Assembly (NCBI GenBank): GCA_001779925.1
Contig: MFEK01000006.1
Location: 80,407 to 137,912 of the forward strand
Direction: 5' to 3'
Length of the DNA: 57,506 nt
Source of the DNA: Candidatus Doudnabacteria bacterium RIFCSPHIGHO2_01_FULL_46_14
GTDB taxonomy: Bacteria; Patescibacteriota; Doudnabacteria; UBA920; 2-01-FULL-46-14
In this document: positions 1 through 9,882 of the stretch, one piece after another
How the letters are laid out: each line of letters starts with the position of its first letter
Position numbering within the stretch: the first letter of the stretch is position 1
Notes under the pieces: model-generated
Seen by the model: only the letters and a program-made list of their open reading frames with translations
What the model was told of the DNA's origin: nothing
Database searches by the model: none
Translations under genes and position numbers: made by a program

Positions 1-1101
1 GAATTTGTTTTTATTTGAAAGACCAACGATAATCGTGTTTCTTTTCACCACGCGCTGTCTCAATACCTCAGAAATGATTTCTTCTTTGGAGAGTGGTTGA
101 CCAGCCTTACCTAGGATTTCTGAAATGATTTCAGCTACTACACCTTTCTTGTATCCCCACTCCGCGAGCGCGTATATGCCGCGGCCAACCAGAACGAAGC
201 GTTTGTCCTTGATAAGCTCATTGTGAACAGATTCTTTGTGTGCGGTGCGACTGTCAAAGCCCTGTTTGTTAATCATCTCCGTGATCTTTGAATAGTGCTC
301 AGGTTTACCTTGGTGGGAAAGGATCAGAAAAGCCTTATCCCCGACGTCTTTGGGGTTAATTTGCGGCCAGGAAGAAAGGCCGATTTCATCATAAGGATTT
401 TTACCAATCTGCTTCGAGACGCTGACATAACTCTCTATTGCTTCAGAAGTAAAGTTTTCCAGTTCGCCTGGATTTAGCTGTTCACGCAAAAGTTTTACCA
501 GATCATCCAATACCAGAGGTTTCCCTGTCCCAGTTAAAATTTGAACAGTCTGAGTAGAAAGTTTATCCATCAAATTCTGGTCAAAACCCGTTAAATACCA
601 GCTTTGATGATAGATTGGCGAGTCTTTGAGCAGATTAAACTGTGGCGTGAGATTCAAAATGAATAATACGCTTTGTTGGGCTACGGCTGAATTGTTGGTT
701 GCGAGGATAGATGCAAGAATTTGGTTTTCTTGGGCAATATTTCCGCGGTCTTCTATGATCTGAAAAATAAGATCTACGCCCTTGCGTAGATTTTCCGGGA
801 CATTCAGACGCCGAAGCTTTTTCAACGCGTCTTTTTCAATTTGCCTGATCCGTTCCCGAGTCAGGTTTAATTTTTGGCCTATTTGTTCGAGCGTTAATGA
901 TTTGCCGTCATCAAGTCCGTATCTTCCGCTGAGTACGTTCCTTTCCCTGTCCGCGAGCTTTTGCAGGTGTTCTAAAACAGCACTGTGGGGATCAAAGGTC
1001 CGCAGAGTTTCATTTTGCTGGGTGTACGTAATGGCATCAAGGATGCTGTGTGCGGGTTCGTCGTTATTTGTGTTTGTGTCCTCAAAAGGCTCGTTTATCA
1101 T
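1..1101 (-). CDS. sigma-70 region-4 HTH protein with C-terminal HARE-HTH-like domain (3' end leaves window)
   Basis: Absent from the ORF track because no stop lies in the window. Minus-strand ATG at 1101..1099 opens a frame I could read without stops to nt 1 (367 codons). It contains [42 protein letters not shown] (classic sigma-70 region 4.2 HTH) and later [16 protein letters not shown] (HARE-HTH-like). Confidence 0.7.
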   Translation of the reverse strand, partial: MINEPFEDTNTNNDEPAHSILDAITYTQQNETLRTFDPHSAVLEHLQKLADRERNVLSGRYGLDDGKSLTLEQIGQKLNLTRERIRQIEKDALKKLRRLNVPENLRKGVDLIFQIIEDRGNIAQENQILASILATNNSAVAQQSVLFILNLTPQFNLLKDSPIYHQSWYLTGFDQNLMDKLSTQTVQILTGTGKPLVLDDLVKLLREQLNPGELENFTSEAIESYVSVSKQIGKNPYDEIGLSSWPQINPKDVGDKAFLILSHQGKPEHYSKITEMINKQGFDSRTAHKESVHNELIKDKRFVLVGRGIYALAEWGYKKGVVAEIISEILGKAGQPLSKEEIISEVLRQRVVKRNTIIVGLSNKNKF

Positions 1102-1214
1102 GAGCCGTAGTATATCATAAAAATTACCAGTTGTCAAATTGCGGACCGCACCGCAATTTGTCCTGAGCGAAGTCGAAGGGCTTGCCTCTCGGCTACGCTC
1201 GAGGCAAAAAAGGA

Positions 1215-2105
1215 TTACCTTTTTTGCCAAAGGTAGAGAACAGGGCTGGCGATAAAGATAGAAGAGTATGTTCCAAAAGTAACCCCAATCAGCAGAGCGA
1301 GCACAAAATAAAATACTGTTGCTCCCCCAAATAAGGACATGGCGATTAACACAAAAATCAAGGTTGAAGAGGTATTTATGGAGCGTGCCAGGGTTGAACT
1401 GACCGCGTAGTCAACAATCGCACCAAAGGGTTTGTAGGGATATTTTTTCAGACTTTCGCGGATCCGGTCAAAAACAACTATCGTATCATGCACGCTAAAA
1501 CCGAGGATAGTCAAAAGCGCAGTAACAAATAAGCTGTCAATTTCTACTCCTTTAAATTTGCCCAGTAACGCAAAAGCGCCGACAGTGATGATAAGGTCGT
1601 GGACAAGAGCAATCACTGCTGCCGCCCCGAGTTTCCAGGATGACAGTTTACCCTGTTTCATTTCACTCCCCACCCTGCGGAAAGAATAGGAAACGTAGAT
1701 GATAATCCCCAGACAAACCAGGATGATCTGCCAATAGGCTTTGTTTACAAGCTCTTTACCAATCGCCGGCCCGATGGATTCAAAACTGTTCTCCGTGAAA
1801 TTTCCAAACTTGTCTTGTAGAAGTTTACGAAAATCTGCGAGCTGAGTGTCGCTCAAAGGTTCGGTTTTGATAATCACAGCATTGTCACCGGTTGGTTGCA
1901 CGACTACGCCATACCCGGACCTCTCAAGCTCTTCGCGGATCGAATTTCGCTGCACAGTTTTTTCAAATGTTACATCAGATAGCGTTCCGCCACGAAAATC
2001 AATGCCAGGTTTCAATCCCCAAGCAAAGATGAACACCAGGGACAGAATAGTCAGCAGTCCCGAGAAGATAAAAAAGTATTTATAATTTTTTACAACTGAA
2101 AACAT
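1215..2105 (-). CDS. secF: protein translocase subunit SecF
   Basis: 296-aa ORF with GIDFRGGT after the first TM helix and a C-terminal multi-TM bundle. It lies 4 nt downstream of secD, as in the conserved secDF pair. Confidence 0.9.
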   Translation of the reverse strand: MFSVVKNYKYFFIFSGLLTILSLVFIFAWGLKPGIDFRGGTLSDVTFEKTVQRNSIREELERSGYGVVVQPTGDNAVIIKTEPLSDTQLADFRKLLQDKFGNFTENSFESIGPAIGKELVNKAYWQIILVCLGIIIYVSYSFRRVGSEMKQGKLSSWKLGAAAVIALVHDLIITVGAFALLGKFKGVEIDSLFVTALLTILGFSVHDTIVVFDRIRESLKKYPYKPFGAIVDYAVSSTLARSINTSSTLIFVLIAMSLFGGATVFYFVLALLIGVTFGTYSSIFIASPVLYLWQKR

Positions 2106-2109
2106 ATTA

Positions 2110-3405
2110 TTAGGTATTTTTTCCGCCAGAGGCGGATCCGCCTTGGGCTGAGAAACTATAGAATAGGCGCAAAAAAGTTCTGGTCACCGTCAAAGCCGTA
2201 AACATTGATGCGAGTACGCCGATTCCGAGCGTGATTGCAAAACCGCGAATAAGGCTTGTGCCGAAATATGCCAGTATCGCCACAGTGATAAGCGAGGACA
2301 CATTGGAATCGCGGATCGCGTTCCATGCCCGGCTGAAAGCATGGTCCAGAGCGGTCCGCAAAGGCTCTCCCGCTCTGAGCTCGTCTTTCAGTCGCTCAAA
2401 GACTAAAATATTAGCGTCCACCGCCATTCCTACAGAGAGAATAAAGCCGGTTATTCCGGCCAAGGTCAATGTCACGCCTCCGAGCTTGAAGATTGCCAGA
2501 CTGAGCGATGCATAGACTACCAGGGCCATCACTGCAAACAGCCCTGATAAGCGGTAGTAAACGATCATAAAGAGCGCGATAATCGCAAATCCGACAAGTC
2601 CGGCGACAATGCTTTTTTTCAAAGACTCTTGCCCAAGAGAAGGACCGATATTCTGCTGGTGTATGAGCTTGATGGGAACAGGAAGAGCTCCAGCGTTAAG
2701 ACGCTCTGCAAGCTGCCTTGCTTCTTCGGCAGTAAAATTGCCGGAAATTACCGCTTCTCCCGAGGAGATCTCGCTTTGGACATTGGGCGCGGAAATTATC
2801 TGGCCATCCAGAAAAATCGCTACCGGACGGCCAATATTATTTTTTGTAATTTGTGAAAATAATTTTTCACCTTCGCTGTTGAAACGAAGACTGATTTGCG
2901 GTCCTCCGCCTGACTGGTTAAAAACAACTTCGGAACGCTGGAGGTGCTTGCCTGAAAGCCCTGTCGGACGGAATTGCTTCGTGAAGTCAGCTTCTTGGGG
3001 ATTTTCGGGGACTGTATAATCAGGGTCGAGTTCGCGAAATTCCAAAAACGGAGTTAGCCCGATTTGTTTTATGGCCTCGTTAATGTCCCTTATCCCAGGC
3101 AGCTCCACAATGAGTCTTGTATCCCCTGCTCTCTGTACTAGCGGTTCAGTAACTCCAAAAGCATTCACCCGACGTTCTATCACCTGGCGAACCGCGTCCA
3201 TTGCCTCGTCTCTATCTGCTCGGGGAATGTCTTTTAGATCTCCTTCGTAAACAAGATGTGTGCCGCCCTGAAGATCAAGGCCCAATCGAAATGGAAAAGC
3301 TGTTTTGATTCCCACGAGCGGCAGTTTATCAAATACGACAAAGCCGGCCAGAACAGCCAGTACAAGAATGGCGACGAATTTTAGAAGAATCCTAGTCCGA
3401 GACAT
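2110..3405 (-). CDS. secD: protein translocase subunit SecD
   Basis: 431-aa ORF with LGLDLQGGTHLVY after the N-terminal TM helix, a periplasmic domain and a 6-TM C-terminus. The last ~12 codons are supplied by a GC-rich repeat element. Confidence 0.9.
   Translation of the reverse strand: MSRTRILLKFVAILVLAVLAGFVVFDKLPLVGIKTAFPFRLGLDLQGGTHLVYEGDLKDIPRADRDEAMDAVRQVIERRVNAFGVTEPLVQRAGDTRLIVELPGIRDINEAIKQIGLTPFLEFRELDPDYTVPENPQEADFTKQFRPTGLSGKHLQRSEVVFNQSGGGPQISLRFNSEGEKLFSQITKNNIGRPVAIFLDGQIISAPNVQSEISSGEAVISGNFTAEEARQLAERLNAGALPVPIKLIHQQNIGPSLGQESLKKSIVAGLVGFAIIALFMIVYYRLSGLFAVMALVVYASLSLAIFKLGGVTLTLAGITGFILSVGMAVDANILVFERLKDELRAGEPLRTALDHAFSRAWNAIRDSNVSSLITVAILAYFGTSLIRGFAITLGIGVLASMFTALTVTRTFLRLFYSFSAQGGSASGGKNT
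2123..2153. repeat. GC-rich double-hairpin element ('SAQGG' element), copy forming the 3' end of secD
   Basis: Coding-sense TCTCAGCCCAAGGCGGATCCGCCTCTGGCGGA. About 27 of 33 nt are shared with 50395..50427 in atpG. Both copies are translated S-A-Q-G-G-x-A-S-G. Confidence 0.6.
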
Positions 3406-3487
3406 TATTCAAATTTTAGATTATTGCCGCTGAAAAAGCAATGCCGTATTTTTATTCATGCGCCGTCATTTGCGCTTTGGACAGCAA

Positions 3488-3580
3488 TCATGTCCGGGGG
3501 GTAACGATATCGAATTTGTATCCTAAGTCTCTCAGGATACGCGCGCGTTTTGGCGATGCAGAACCTAGAATGATCCTCAT
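3488..3580 (-). pseudogene. remnant of the maf (Maf-like NTP pyrophosphatase) N-terminus, 30 codons
   Basis: Minus-strand ATG at 3580 gives MRIILGSASPKRARILRDLGYKFDIVTPRT*, matching the Maf N-terminal signature (B. subtilis [24 protein letters not shown], from memory). It stops right after a C6 run, and only about 80 nt remain before secD, so no full gene fits. Confidence 0.5.
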
Positions 3581-3581
3581 T

Positions 3582-4034
3582 CTATTCTGAAACCAAATGG
3601 AAATGCAGGTAGGTTACGTCCTGATAGCCGGGGCCGTTGGTTACGACCTGGTAGGTCTCCAGGTTTTTTTCAGCAATGACGCGTTGGATTACGGCTATGG
3701 CGTCGAGCAGATAAATTTTATCCTCCTCGGAAACCTCGGCTATGTTTTTAATGTCTTTTTTTGGGATCACGACATAATGATGTTTAGTTTTTGACGTAGG
3801 GTGAACCATAGCCACGGTTTTGTCGGTTTCGTAGATTTTATCGGGAATGTAATCGGAAGCGTATTTCAAGCCAATTGAAGCAAGCAGTCCCAGCGCCTCA
3901 TTAGTTTTGAGACAAATTGGCTCGCAGTTTTTTGTTTCAATGGGGCGTCTAATCTTCATGTCTTTGAACAGGTACTGCCCTACAACAATCCCGACCGCCA
4001 TCAATAATAGGTAAAAAAAGAATTTTTTAATCAT
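3582..4034 (-). CDS. HIT-family protein with N-terminal membrane anchor
   Basis: 150 aa with an N-terminal hydrophobic helix and a C-terminal histidine-triad-like LHFHLV. Its start overlaps the stop of the upstream gene by 4 nt. Confidence 0.7.
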   Translation of the reverse strand: MIKKFFFYLLLMAVGIVVGQYLFKDMKIRRPIETKNCEPICLKTNEALGLLASIGLKYASDYIPDKIYETDKTVAMVHPTSKTKHHYVVIPKKDIKNIAEVSEEDKIYLLDAIAVIQRVIAEKNLETYQVVTNGPGYQDVTYLHFHLVSE

Positions 4035-4414
4035 GAGTTGTTTTTACCGCGCTCCTCAATCTGGATTTGGTTTGCTTCCTTTTGGACTTTCCACTGGGCG
4101 AATTCCGATACGGCCTGCAGAATCGCCGCTAAACTCAAAACAATAGTCAGGATGATAATAACATTTGAATAACGGTTATTGCTCTCAGCAAGCTTTCGAT
4201 TTGCTTCAATAGATTTTCTCGTTGCATCCTCTATTGTGTTGCCGATCTGCTCAACACTCTGCGGAATTTCTTCCTGCAGGAGTTCAACAGCTTCGCTTAA
4301 AAGCAGGGTCGCCTCAGTATTTAAAAGTCCAACGTGTCCTTGTGAGGTTCTTGGATCGGCATTTTCCACCCATTTTTTAAGTTCTTCAATTTTTTTAAGC
4401 CGATCGTTATTCAT
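4031..4414 (-). CDS. hypothetical protein, helical with C-terminal TM segment
   Basis: 127-aa ORF, translationally coupled to the HIT gene. No recognisable motif. Confidence 0.55.
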   Translation of the reverse strand: MNNDRLKKIEELKKWVENADPRTSQGHVGLLNTEATLLLSEAVELLQEEIPQSVEQIGNTIEDATRKSIEANRKLAESNNRYSNVIIILTIVLSLAAILQAVSEFAQWKVQKEANQIQIEERGKNNS

Positions 4415-4521
4415 GTTTGTTTGAAAGATTCTTTTGATGTTCTTCAGTATTCAGCATACCGCATTTCTTCCATTTCTTGCCAGAGCCGCCCACCATCGCT
4501 GAAGCTATGGCGGACTTCGCT

Positions 4522-7119
4522 CTACTGTTTGTGATGAGGAGCGTTAATTAAACCACAGTGTTTATACTTATAAACTTTTCCAGTGTTAGGATTTATCGCT
4601 CCGCAGGGGCAGGGGTCATTTCGACCTATGGATTTTCCTTCCGAATTTGTTTGTACTGGCACGTGTTGATGTCGCATCTCTTCCCGTGGCTTCACCTCTA
4701 CCCGGAAAATCGTATAAACGATAGTGCGGTCGATGGCGGCAAGCATTTGCTCGAAAAGCCGCAGGCCGTCCTGCTTGTATTCTACGAGCGGGTCTTTTTG
4801 CGCGTAGCCTCGCAACCTTACTGACTGCCTGAGGTGATCCATGGTGTCCAAATGCTCCATCCAGAAATTGTCGATTGTTTGCAGGGTAATAACCTTTTCA
4901 ATTTCTCTCATGAACCGGGGAGTCAGATGCTGCTCTTTGTGCTCGTAGAGTTTTAAGGCCTCGTTTGTCAAATCACTTATCAACATTTCACTGCTGGAAT
5001 TTTTTACTTTTTGTTGAAGTTCCGGACTTATAGGGAAAATACCGCCCAAAGCCTTGACTCTGATCTCCCCGTCATCTTCTGTGGTCATGATGTTGTTGAT
5101 CTCTGAGGATATTTTTTGCAGAATCTGTTCTTTAAGGTCAATCTCCCCTTTTAGTATGCGGCGTCTGCGGTTATAAATAGTTTCACGTTGCTTATTGAGC
5201 ACATCATCAAAATCAAGAACATGTTTTCTGGTATCAAAATTGAAGCCTTCGATTTTTTTCTGTGCATTCTCTATGGATTTGCTGACAAGGGAATTTTCTA
5301 TGGGTTGGTCTTCCTCTACGCCCAGGGTGTCCATCATTTTTTTGACCCGATCGCCTCCGAAAATGCGCATGAGGTCATCATCAAGGGAAATGAAAAACTG
5401 CGAAGACCCAGGATCGCCTTGTCGCCCCGCGCGGCCGCGCAGTTGGTTGTCAATGCGCCGCGCTTCATGGCGTTCTGTACCTAAAATATGAAGCCCCCCC
5501 GCCTCTCCGACCTTTTTTGACTCCTCCGGATCCGGAGGGTTCCCCCCCAGAAGGATGTCCACACCGCGTCCTGCTATATTTGTGGCAAGTGTTACAGCCC
5601 CAAAACGGCCCGCCTGAGCAATTATATGGGCTTCCCGCTCGTGGTTCTTGGCATTTAGGATTTCATGCTTGACCCCGGTTTTTTTTAGCATTTCTGAAAG
5701 GTATTCATTTTTTTCGATGGAGATAGTACCTACCAGGATTGGCTGACCTTTGTTGTGACGATCCCTTATTTCTCTGATGATCGCTTCAAATTTACCGTTT
5801 TCAGTTTTATAAATACTGTCAGGAAGGTCCGCTCTAATCATATCTTTATGAGTCGGTATCTCCACTACATCCAGATTGTAAATTTTATGGAACTCCTCCG
5901 CCTCTGTTAGCGCCGTTCCAGTCATGCCGGCTAGTTTTTTGTAAAGCCGGAAATAATTTTGAAAAGTAACGGTCGCCAGGGTTTTAGACTCTTGTTTTAC
6001 CTGAACTCCCTCTTTGGCTTCGATTGCTTGGTGAAGACCTTCCGAATATCGCCGCCCAAACATGAGCCGGCCGGTAAACTCGTCTACAATAACTATTTCT
6101 CCTTCTTTGACTACGTAATCGCGGTCCAGGCGAAACAAAGTTTGAGCACGGAGAGCTACATCGGCATGGTGGCGAAGCTTGATCTCACTGTAGATTTCCT
6201 GTCCGTATTTCAACTCAAGTTTTTCGAAACCCTTATCAGTGTAATTTACTTGGCGGTGTTTTTCTTCCAAAAGATAATCTTCAGGAGCCAAGGTTTTTGC
6301 AAATCCTGAAAATTCGCGGTAAAGATCCGTACTCTCTGCGTCCGGGGCAGAGATGATCAGTGGTGTTCGGGCTTCGTCTATGAGAATCGAATCTACCTCA
6401 TCTACAATAGCGAAATGTAGATCTCTCTGGGACATGCTCTCACGCGACGGCGCCATATTGTCGCGCAGATAGTCAAAGCCAAATTCATTGTTCGTGCCGT
6501 AGAGAATGTCCGCCGCATAAGCCTCCCTTCTGGTAACAGGAGCCATATTTAACACATCGATCTGCACACCAGCGCCTCCTTCCATGGTGACCTGGGCTTC
6601 CGCTGCGGATTTCTCTGAGTATAAATAAGACGCCTCGTGTTGAATAGCTGCTGTACTCAGCCCCAAATAATGATAGACCTGGCCCATCCATGAGGCATCA
6701 CGGCGTGATAAATAATCGTTTACAGTTACGACATGTACACCCCTGCCAGCCAGAGCATTCAGGTACACGGCGAGAGTCGCGGTCAAAGTTTTACCTTCTC
6801 CAGTTTTCATTTCCGTGATCTTCCCCTGGTGCAGCATTACCCCGCCAATCAGCTGTTCGTCATAGTGGCGCTGGCCGAGCGTACGATGTGCGGCCATTCT
6901 GACCACTGCGAATGCCTCAGGCAAAATTTCGTCGAGAATTATCTTCTGATCCTCCCACGGTTTATCTTTGAGCTGCGCTTGCCATTTACGAGTCTGTTCC
7001 TGAAACTCGGAATGTGAAAAGCGCTCAAATTTGCGTTCGAGCTCGTTTATTCGATCTATAGATGGTTTTACAGTTTTAACCGGGTTTTCTGTCCCCAGTA
7101 GTTTTCCAAAAAATCCCAT
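4522..7119 (-). CDS. secA: preprotein translocase ATPase SecA
   Basis: 865 aa with Walker A MKTGEGKT, DEVD box VDEVDSILIDEA and a C-terminal zinc-binding tail CPCG...KHCG. Confidence 0.95.
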   Translation of the reverse strand: MGFFGKLLGTENPVKTVKPSIDRINELERKFERFSHSEFQEQTRKWQAQLKDKPWEDQKIILDEILPEAFAVVRMAAHRTLGQRHYDEQLIGGVMLHQGKITEMKTGEGKTLTATLAVYLNALAGRGVHVVTVNDYLSRRDASWMGQVYHYLGLSTAAIQHEASYLYSEKSAAEAQVTMEGGAGVQIDVLNMAPVTRREAYAADILYGTNNEFGFDYLRDNMAPSRESMSQRDLHFAIVDEVDSILIDEARTPLIISAPDAESTDLYREFSGFAKTLAPEDYLLEEKHRQVNYTDKGFEKLELKYGQEIYSEIKLRHHADVALRAQTLFRLDRDYVVKEGEIVIVDEFTGRLMFGRRYSEGLHQAIEAKEGVQVKQESKTLATVTFQNYFRLYKKLAGMTGTALTEAEEFHKIYNLDVVEIPTHKDMIRADLPDSIYKTENGKFEAIIREIRDRHNKGQPILVGTISIEKNEYLSEMLKKTGVKHEILNAKNHEREAHIIAQAGRFGAVTLATNIAGRGVDILLGGNPPDPEESKKVGEAGGLHILGTERHEARRIDNQLRGRAGRQGDPGSSQFFISLDDDLMRIFGGDRVKKMMDTLGVEEDQPIENSLVSKSIENAQKKIEGFNFDTRKHVLDFDDVLNKQRETIYNRRRRILKGEIDLKEQILQKISSEINNIMTTEDDGEIRVKALGGIFPISPELQQKVKNSSSEMLISDLTNEALKLYEHKEQHLTPRFMREIEKVITLQTIDNFWMEHLDTMDHLRQSVRLRGYAQKDPLVEYKQDGLRLFEQMLAAIDRTIVYTIFRVEVKPREEMRHQHVPVQTNSEGKSIGRNDPCPCGAINPNTGKVYKYKHCGLINAPHHKQ

Positions 7120-7131
7120 ATTTACCTTGCA

Positions 7132-7160
7132 AGTATACGCGAAAATTTGAGAAATTTCAA
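7132..7160 (-). promoter_or_regulatory. sigma-70-type promoter of secA
   Basis: Minus-sense TTGAAA (7160..7155), a 17-nt spacer, TATACT (7137..7132), then 12 nt to the secA ATG at 7119. Confidence 0.5.
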
Positions 7161-7187
7161 CGGCTCGGACAGGTTTGTGCTGTTGAA

Positions 7188-7661
7188 CTATCTTTGGCTT
7201 TTTCGGAACCCTGCGGCTTGCGCTTCGGCCTCTGTATCAAAGCAAGCTTCGGGTATAGTGCGTTTATAAAACGATCCGCCGGGTATGTGGTAAATCCTGG
7301 AATTTGATGAAATATTGCCTTTGATTTTGCCTTCGCAGTTAAGATCGGAGGTGTCAGCACCTGCCACTTGTCCTTCGGAATTGGTCTCCCCGCCTGATTG
7401 CTTTCCTGCGATATTTAAGCTATTATTAAGCTGAGTTAAATCGATAGTCGGTTCTTCGATCTTTATTTCAGGAGGCTTTTGGGAGGTTTGATACGCTCCC
7501 AGACCATAGAATAAGCTGGCAGTCAGCACGTATCCCAAAACCAGAGCAATTTTTTGTTCATGTCCCTTCAGTTTTGATAAAATGAAACTAAAATACGCTT
7601 TTAACCTCGGTAGAGTTTTTACATTGTCGCTTGCAGAGTTGTTCGCGGTGTTTGAAAACAT
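7188..7661 (-). CDS. membrane-anchored protein with small C-terminal Cys-containing domain (IKGNIS..IYHIPGG.FY....CF.TE.EA.AAGFR)
   Basis: A TM helix IALVLGYVLTASLFYGLGAY precedes the conserved C-terminal motif seen in many secreted Gram-positive proteins. The start is uncertain: the ATG at 7661 overlaps the divergent gene by 80 nt, and non-ATG starts near 7580/7571 are possible. The 7832 start of the track is unlikely. Confidence 0.5.
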   Translation of the reverse strand: MFSNTANNSASDNVKTLPRLKAYFSFILSKLKGHEQKIALVLGYVLTASLFYGLGAYQTSQKPPEIKIEEPTIDLTQLNNSLNIAGKQSGGETNSEGQVAGADTSDLNCEGKIKGNISSNSRIYHIPGGSFYKRTIPEACFDTEAEAQAAGFRKSQR

Positions 7662-8874
7662 GGCCTTGTCATTTCGCCTCGTGGATCTATACCGCGAGGT
7701 TTTAATTATTGAGGTCGAGGAAAAACTTGATGTGGTAAAGCTGCAGAAAACACTGGGCGGCACTATCAAGATAATGCAAGTGCTCGATTCCCTGGGTCGT
7801 AAAAAGTTTTTAAGTCCTTCTCTGGTCCTCAAAGATTATTTTGACGCAAAAATGCTCAAAGAGCAATTTTTGTCGAACTATACCGGCAAAATCCAGATTG
7901 GCATTTCTTATTACCCAATGGCTGACCCACGCGAATTGCCGATCCGCGGAGACAACAAACGAATTGGCTTTAATATCAAACAGATTCTAACGGCGGCAGG
8001 CTATTCAGTACGGCTGGTTTTGCCGCAGATGGCGGGATTTGCACTGGCATCAGTGGTGGTCACCAATGAGCACCTTTTGGAAAAAGGCGCGGAGATAGAT
8101 TTGCTGGTCGGCATGGAGCGGGTGTATTTGGCCAAAACACTTACAGTGCAGAACTTTGAGGATTATGGCCGGCGCGATTATCAGCGGCCCGCGCGCGACA
8201 TGCAGGTTGGCATGCTGCCGCCCAAGGTAGCCCAGATCATGATTAATCTTGCCCAACTGCCAGTTGCGTCTAGCGGGAACCTCAAACACGCGATTCTGGA
8301 CCCGTTTGTGGGCTCAGGCACGGTTATTCAGGAGGCTTTGATTATGGGCCACAAAGGAATCGGCTCAGATATTTCCCAAAAAGCCATAGAGAATGCGGAA
8401 AAGAACCTGGAATGGATAAAGAACCGCTACAAATTGCCTCCTGGAAGGTTTGAGCTGTTTGTCGCGGATGCAAAGAAGCTCAGCGAAAATCTTCCAAAAA
8501 TTGAGATTGACGCAGTTGTCACGGAAGCAACGCTTGGACCTGCTTACGGGACATCTCCTAAGCCTCAGGAAATCGAGAGGAATTTCAAAGAACTCGAAGC
8601 TATCTATATTGGTGCGTTCGAGTCATTCAAAAAGTTCCTTGTCCCCGGAAAACGGGTGGTGGTTGCCTTACCTGCTTACCGAACAGAAAAGGGCTATATC
8701 TATTTCCCAGGCATTGACAAGCTGGCGAAAACAGGGTACGATATTGTAGATCCTTTACCGGAAATCGTCGCTGAAAAATATCCTTTCCTGCAAATTACAG
8801 CGCGAAAAAGCCTAGTCTACGACCGCAAAGATCAGTTTGTATCAAGAGAAATATTTATATTTAGAAGTTTATAG
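7582..8874 (+). CDS. class I SAM-dependent (RNA) methyltransferase, UPF0020/Trm11-like
   Basis: 430 aa with a THUMP-like N-terminal region, SAM motif I ILDPFVGSGT and a degenerate motif IV VVTEATLGPAYG. Confidence 0.7.
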   Translation: MKLKYAFNLGRVFTLSLAELFAVFENMALSFRLVDLYREVLIIEVEEKLDVVKLQKTLGGTIKIMQVLDSLGRKKFLSPSLVLKDYFDAKMLKEQFLSNYTGKIQIGISYYPMADPRELPIRGDNKRIGFNIKQILTAAGYSVRLVLPQMAGFALASVVVTNEHLLEKGAEIDLLVGMERVYLAKTLTVQNFEDYGRRDYQRPARDMQVGMLPPKVAQIMINLAQLPVASSGNLKHAILDPFVGSGTVIQEALIMGHKGIGSDISQKAIENAEKNLEWIKNRYKLPPGRFELFVADAKKLSENLPKIEIDAVVTEATLGPAYGTSPKPQEIERNFKELEAIYIGAFESFKKFLVPGKRVVVALPAYRTEKGYIYFPGIDKLAKTGYDIVDPLPEIVAEKYPFLQITARKSLVYDRKDQFVSREIFIFRSL

Positions 8875-9013
8875 CATTAAGTCGCAAAAATTAGGAGCGC
8901 AGTCCCGAAGCTTACCGAGGGACGAGCACGGATTTTTGCGAAAGAGGAGTGGCAAGGGAATTGTAGTGGCCGTGAGTTAATCAAACGGACACGAAGATTT
9001 CCCCAGACACGAA

Positions 9014-9286
9014 GTGGCACATAAAAAAGCCGGAGGCTCAACTTCATTAGGACGCGATTCAGCTTCAAAACGCTTAGGCGTTAAGCTTTTTGGCGGTCAA
9101 AAGGTCAATGCTGGCAATGTGATAATCCGCCAGCGCGGGACAAAATACGGGCCGGGAACAAACGTCAGACTGGGTAACGACGACACGATTTATGCTGCAA
9201 AAGGCGGCACTGTTAAATTTCAAACCAAAAAACGCAGACGCTTTGACGGCAAGCTTGCTTCAAAAACTATGGTAAGCGTGATTTAA
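9014..9286 (+). CDS. rpmA: 50S ribosomal protein L27
   Basis: GTG start. (M)[28 protein letters not shown]...IIRQRGTK is the canonical L27 sequence. Confidence 0.9.
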   Translation: MAHKKAGGSTSLGRDSASKRLGVKLFGGQKVNAGNVIIRQRGTKYGPGTNVRLGNDDTIYAAKGGTVKFQTKKRRRFDGKLASKTMVSVI

Positions 9287-9287
9287 T

Positions 9288-9315
9288 AAAAAGCCCCAGA
9301 GAGCGGGGGCTTTTT
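9288..9315. terminator. bidirectional intrinsic terminator between rpmA and the convergent pilin gene
   Basis: AAAAA-GCCCC-agagagc-GGGGC-TTTTT. Confidence 0.7.
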
Positions 9316-9331
9316 AAATTTGTTTTATGAA

Positions 9332-9868
9332 TCACCAACACATTGAGGTCTGCGTGTTCCATATGGAAAGACTGATGTTGCTGTCGGGTACATTGCATGG
9401 AGGAGTGCTGGCTAGATCATTGCGCGCCAGATCTTTATATGCGGAAAATTGCCCATTAACGTCAGTCAGGGTCATATCCGGGATTCCCCTCTCTAGAAAT
9501 TTATAACTTATCCCGTCAGAATTGTATATATAACAACCAGTCGAAGGATCTGCCGGCATGCTGGCTATATAGTTCGGCACTAGACCAGGAGCGACTTGAG
9601 CCTGGTCATAGCTTCCCCACCCTGCACACTGGCTGCGCCAACCGTTTGTTGTTGGATACGAGCCGAGATCTAAATTGTAGAGTTCCAGAGCAGTGCGAAT
9701 CTGCAGGAGATCTGCAATCCTTTTTGCGTTTCGGGCCTTAAGTCTGGCACTATTGAGGGACACCATGATGACGCTCGACATGAGGCCGATGACCGCTATA
9801 ACCACCAATAGCTCGATCAGGGTAAAGCCCTTATGCGTTTTTTTGACTCGCAACATAATCAGTCGCAT
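9332..9868 (-). CDS. type IV pilin-like protein (prepilin N-terminal methylation motif)
   Basis: KGFTLIELLVVIAVIGLM after a short basic leader. The upstream pilin ends at 9883, so Met at 9868 or 9856 is more likely than 9895. Confidence 0.75.
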   Translation of the reverse strand: MRLIMLRVKKTHKGFTLIELLVVIAVIGLMSSVIMVSLNSARLKARNAKRIADLLQIRTALELYNLDLGSYPTTNGWRSQCAGWGSYDQAQVAPGLVPNYIASMPADPSTGCYIYNSDGISYKFLERGIPDMTLTDVNGQFSAYKDLARNDLASTPPCNVPDSNISLSIWNTQTSMCW

Positions 9869-9882
9869 TGGAAGAAGAATTC

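Noticed and set aside
295-1120. Plus-strand track ORFs 295..477 and 782..1120
   Set aside because: They are antisense to a continuous minus-strand frame carrying a textbook sigma-70 region 4 motif.
7662-7832. Upstream extension of the 7188.. ORF (MRTREGLKNF...)
   Set aside because: It would overlap the divergent methyltransferase gene by 250 nt. The peptide is low-complexity and precedes the obvious N-terminal TM anchor.
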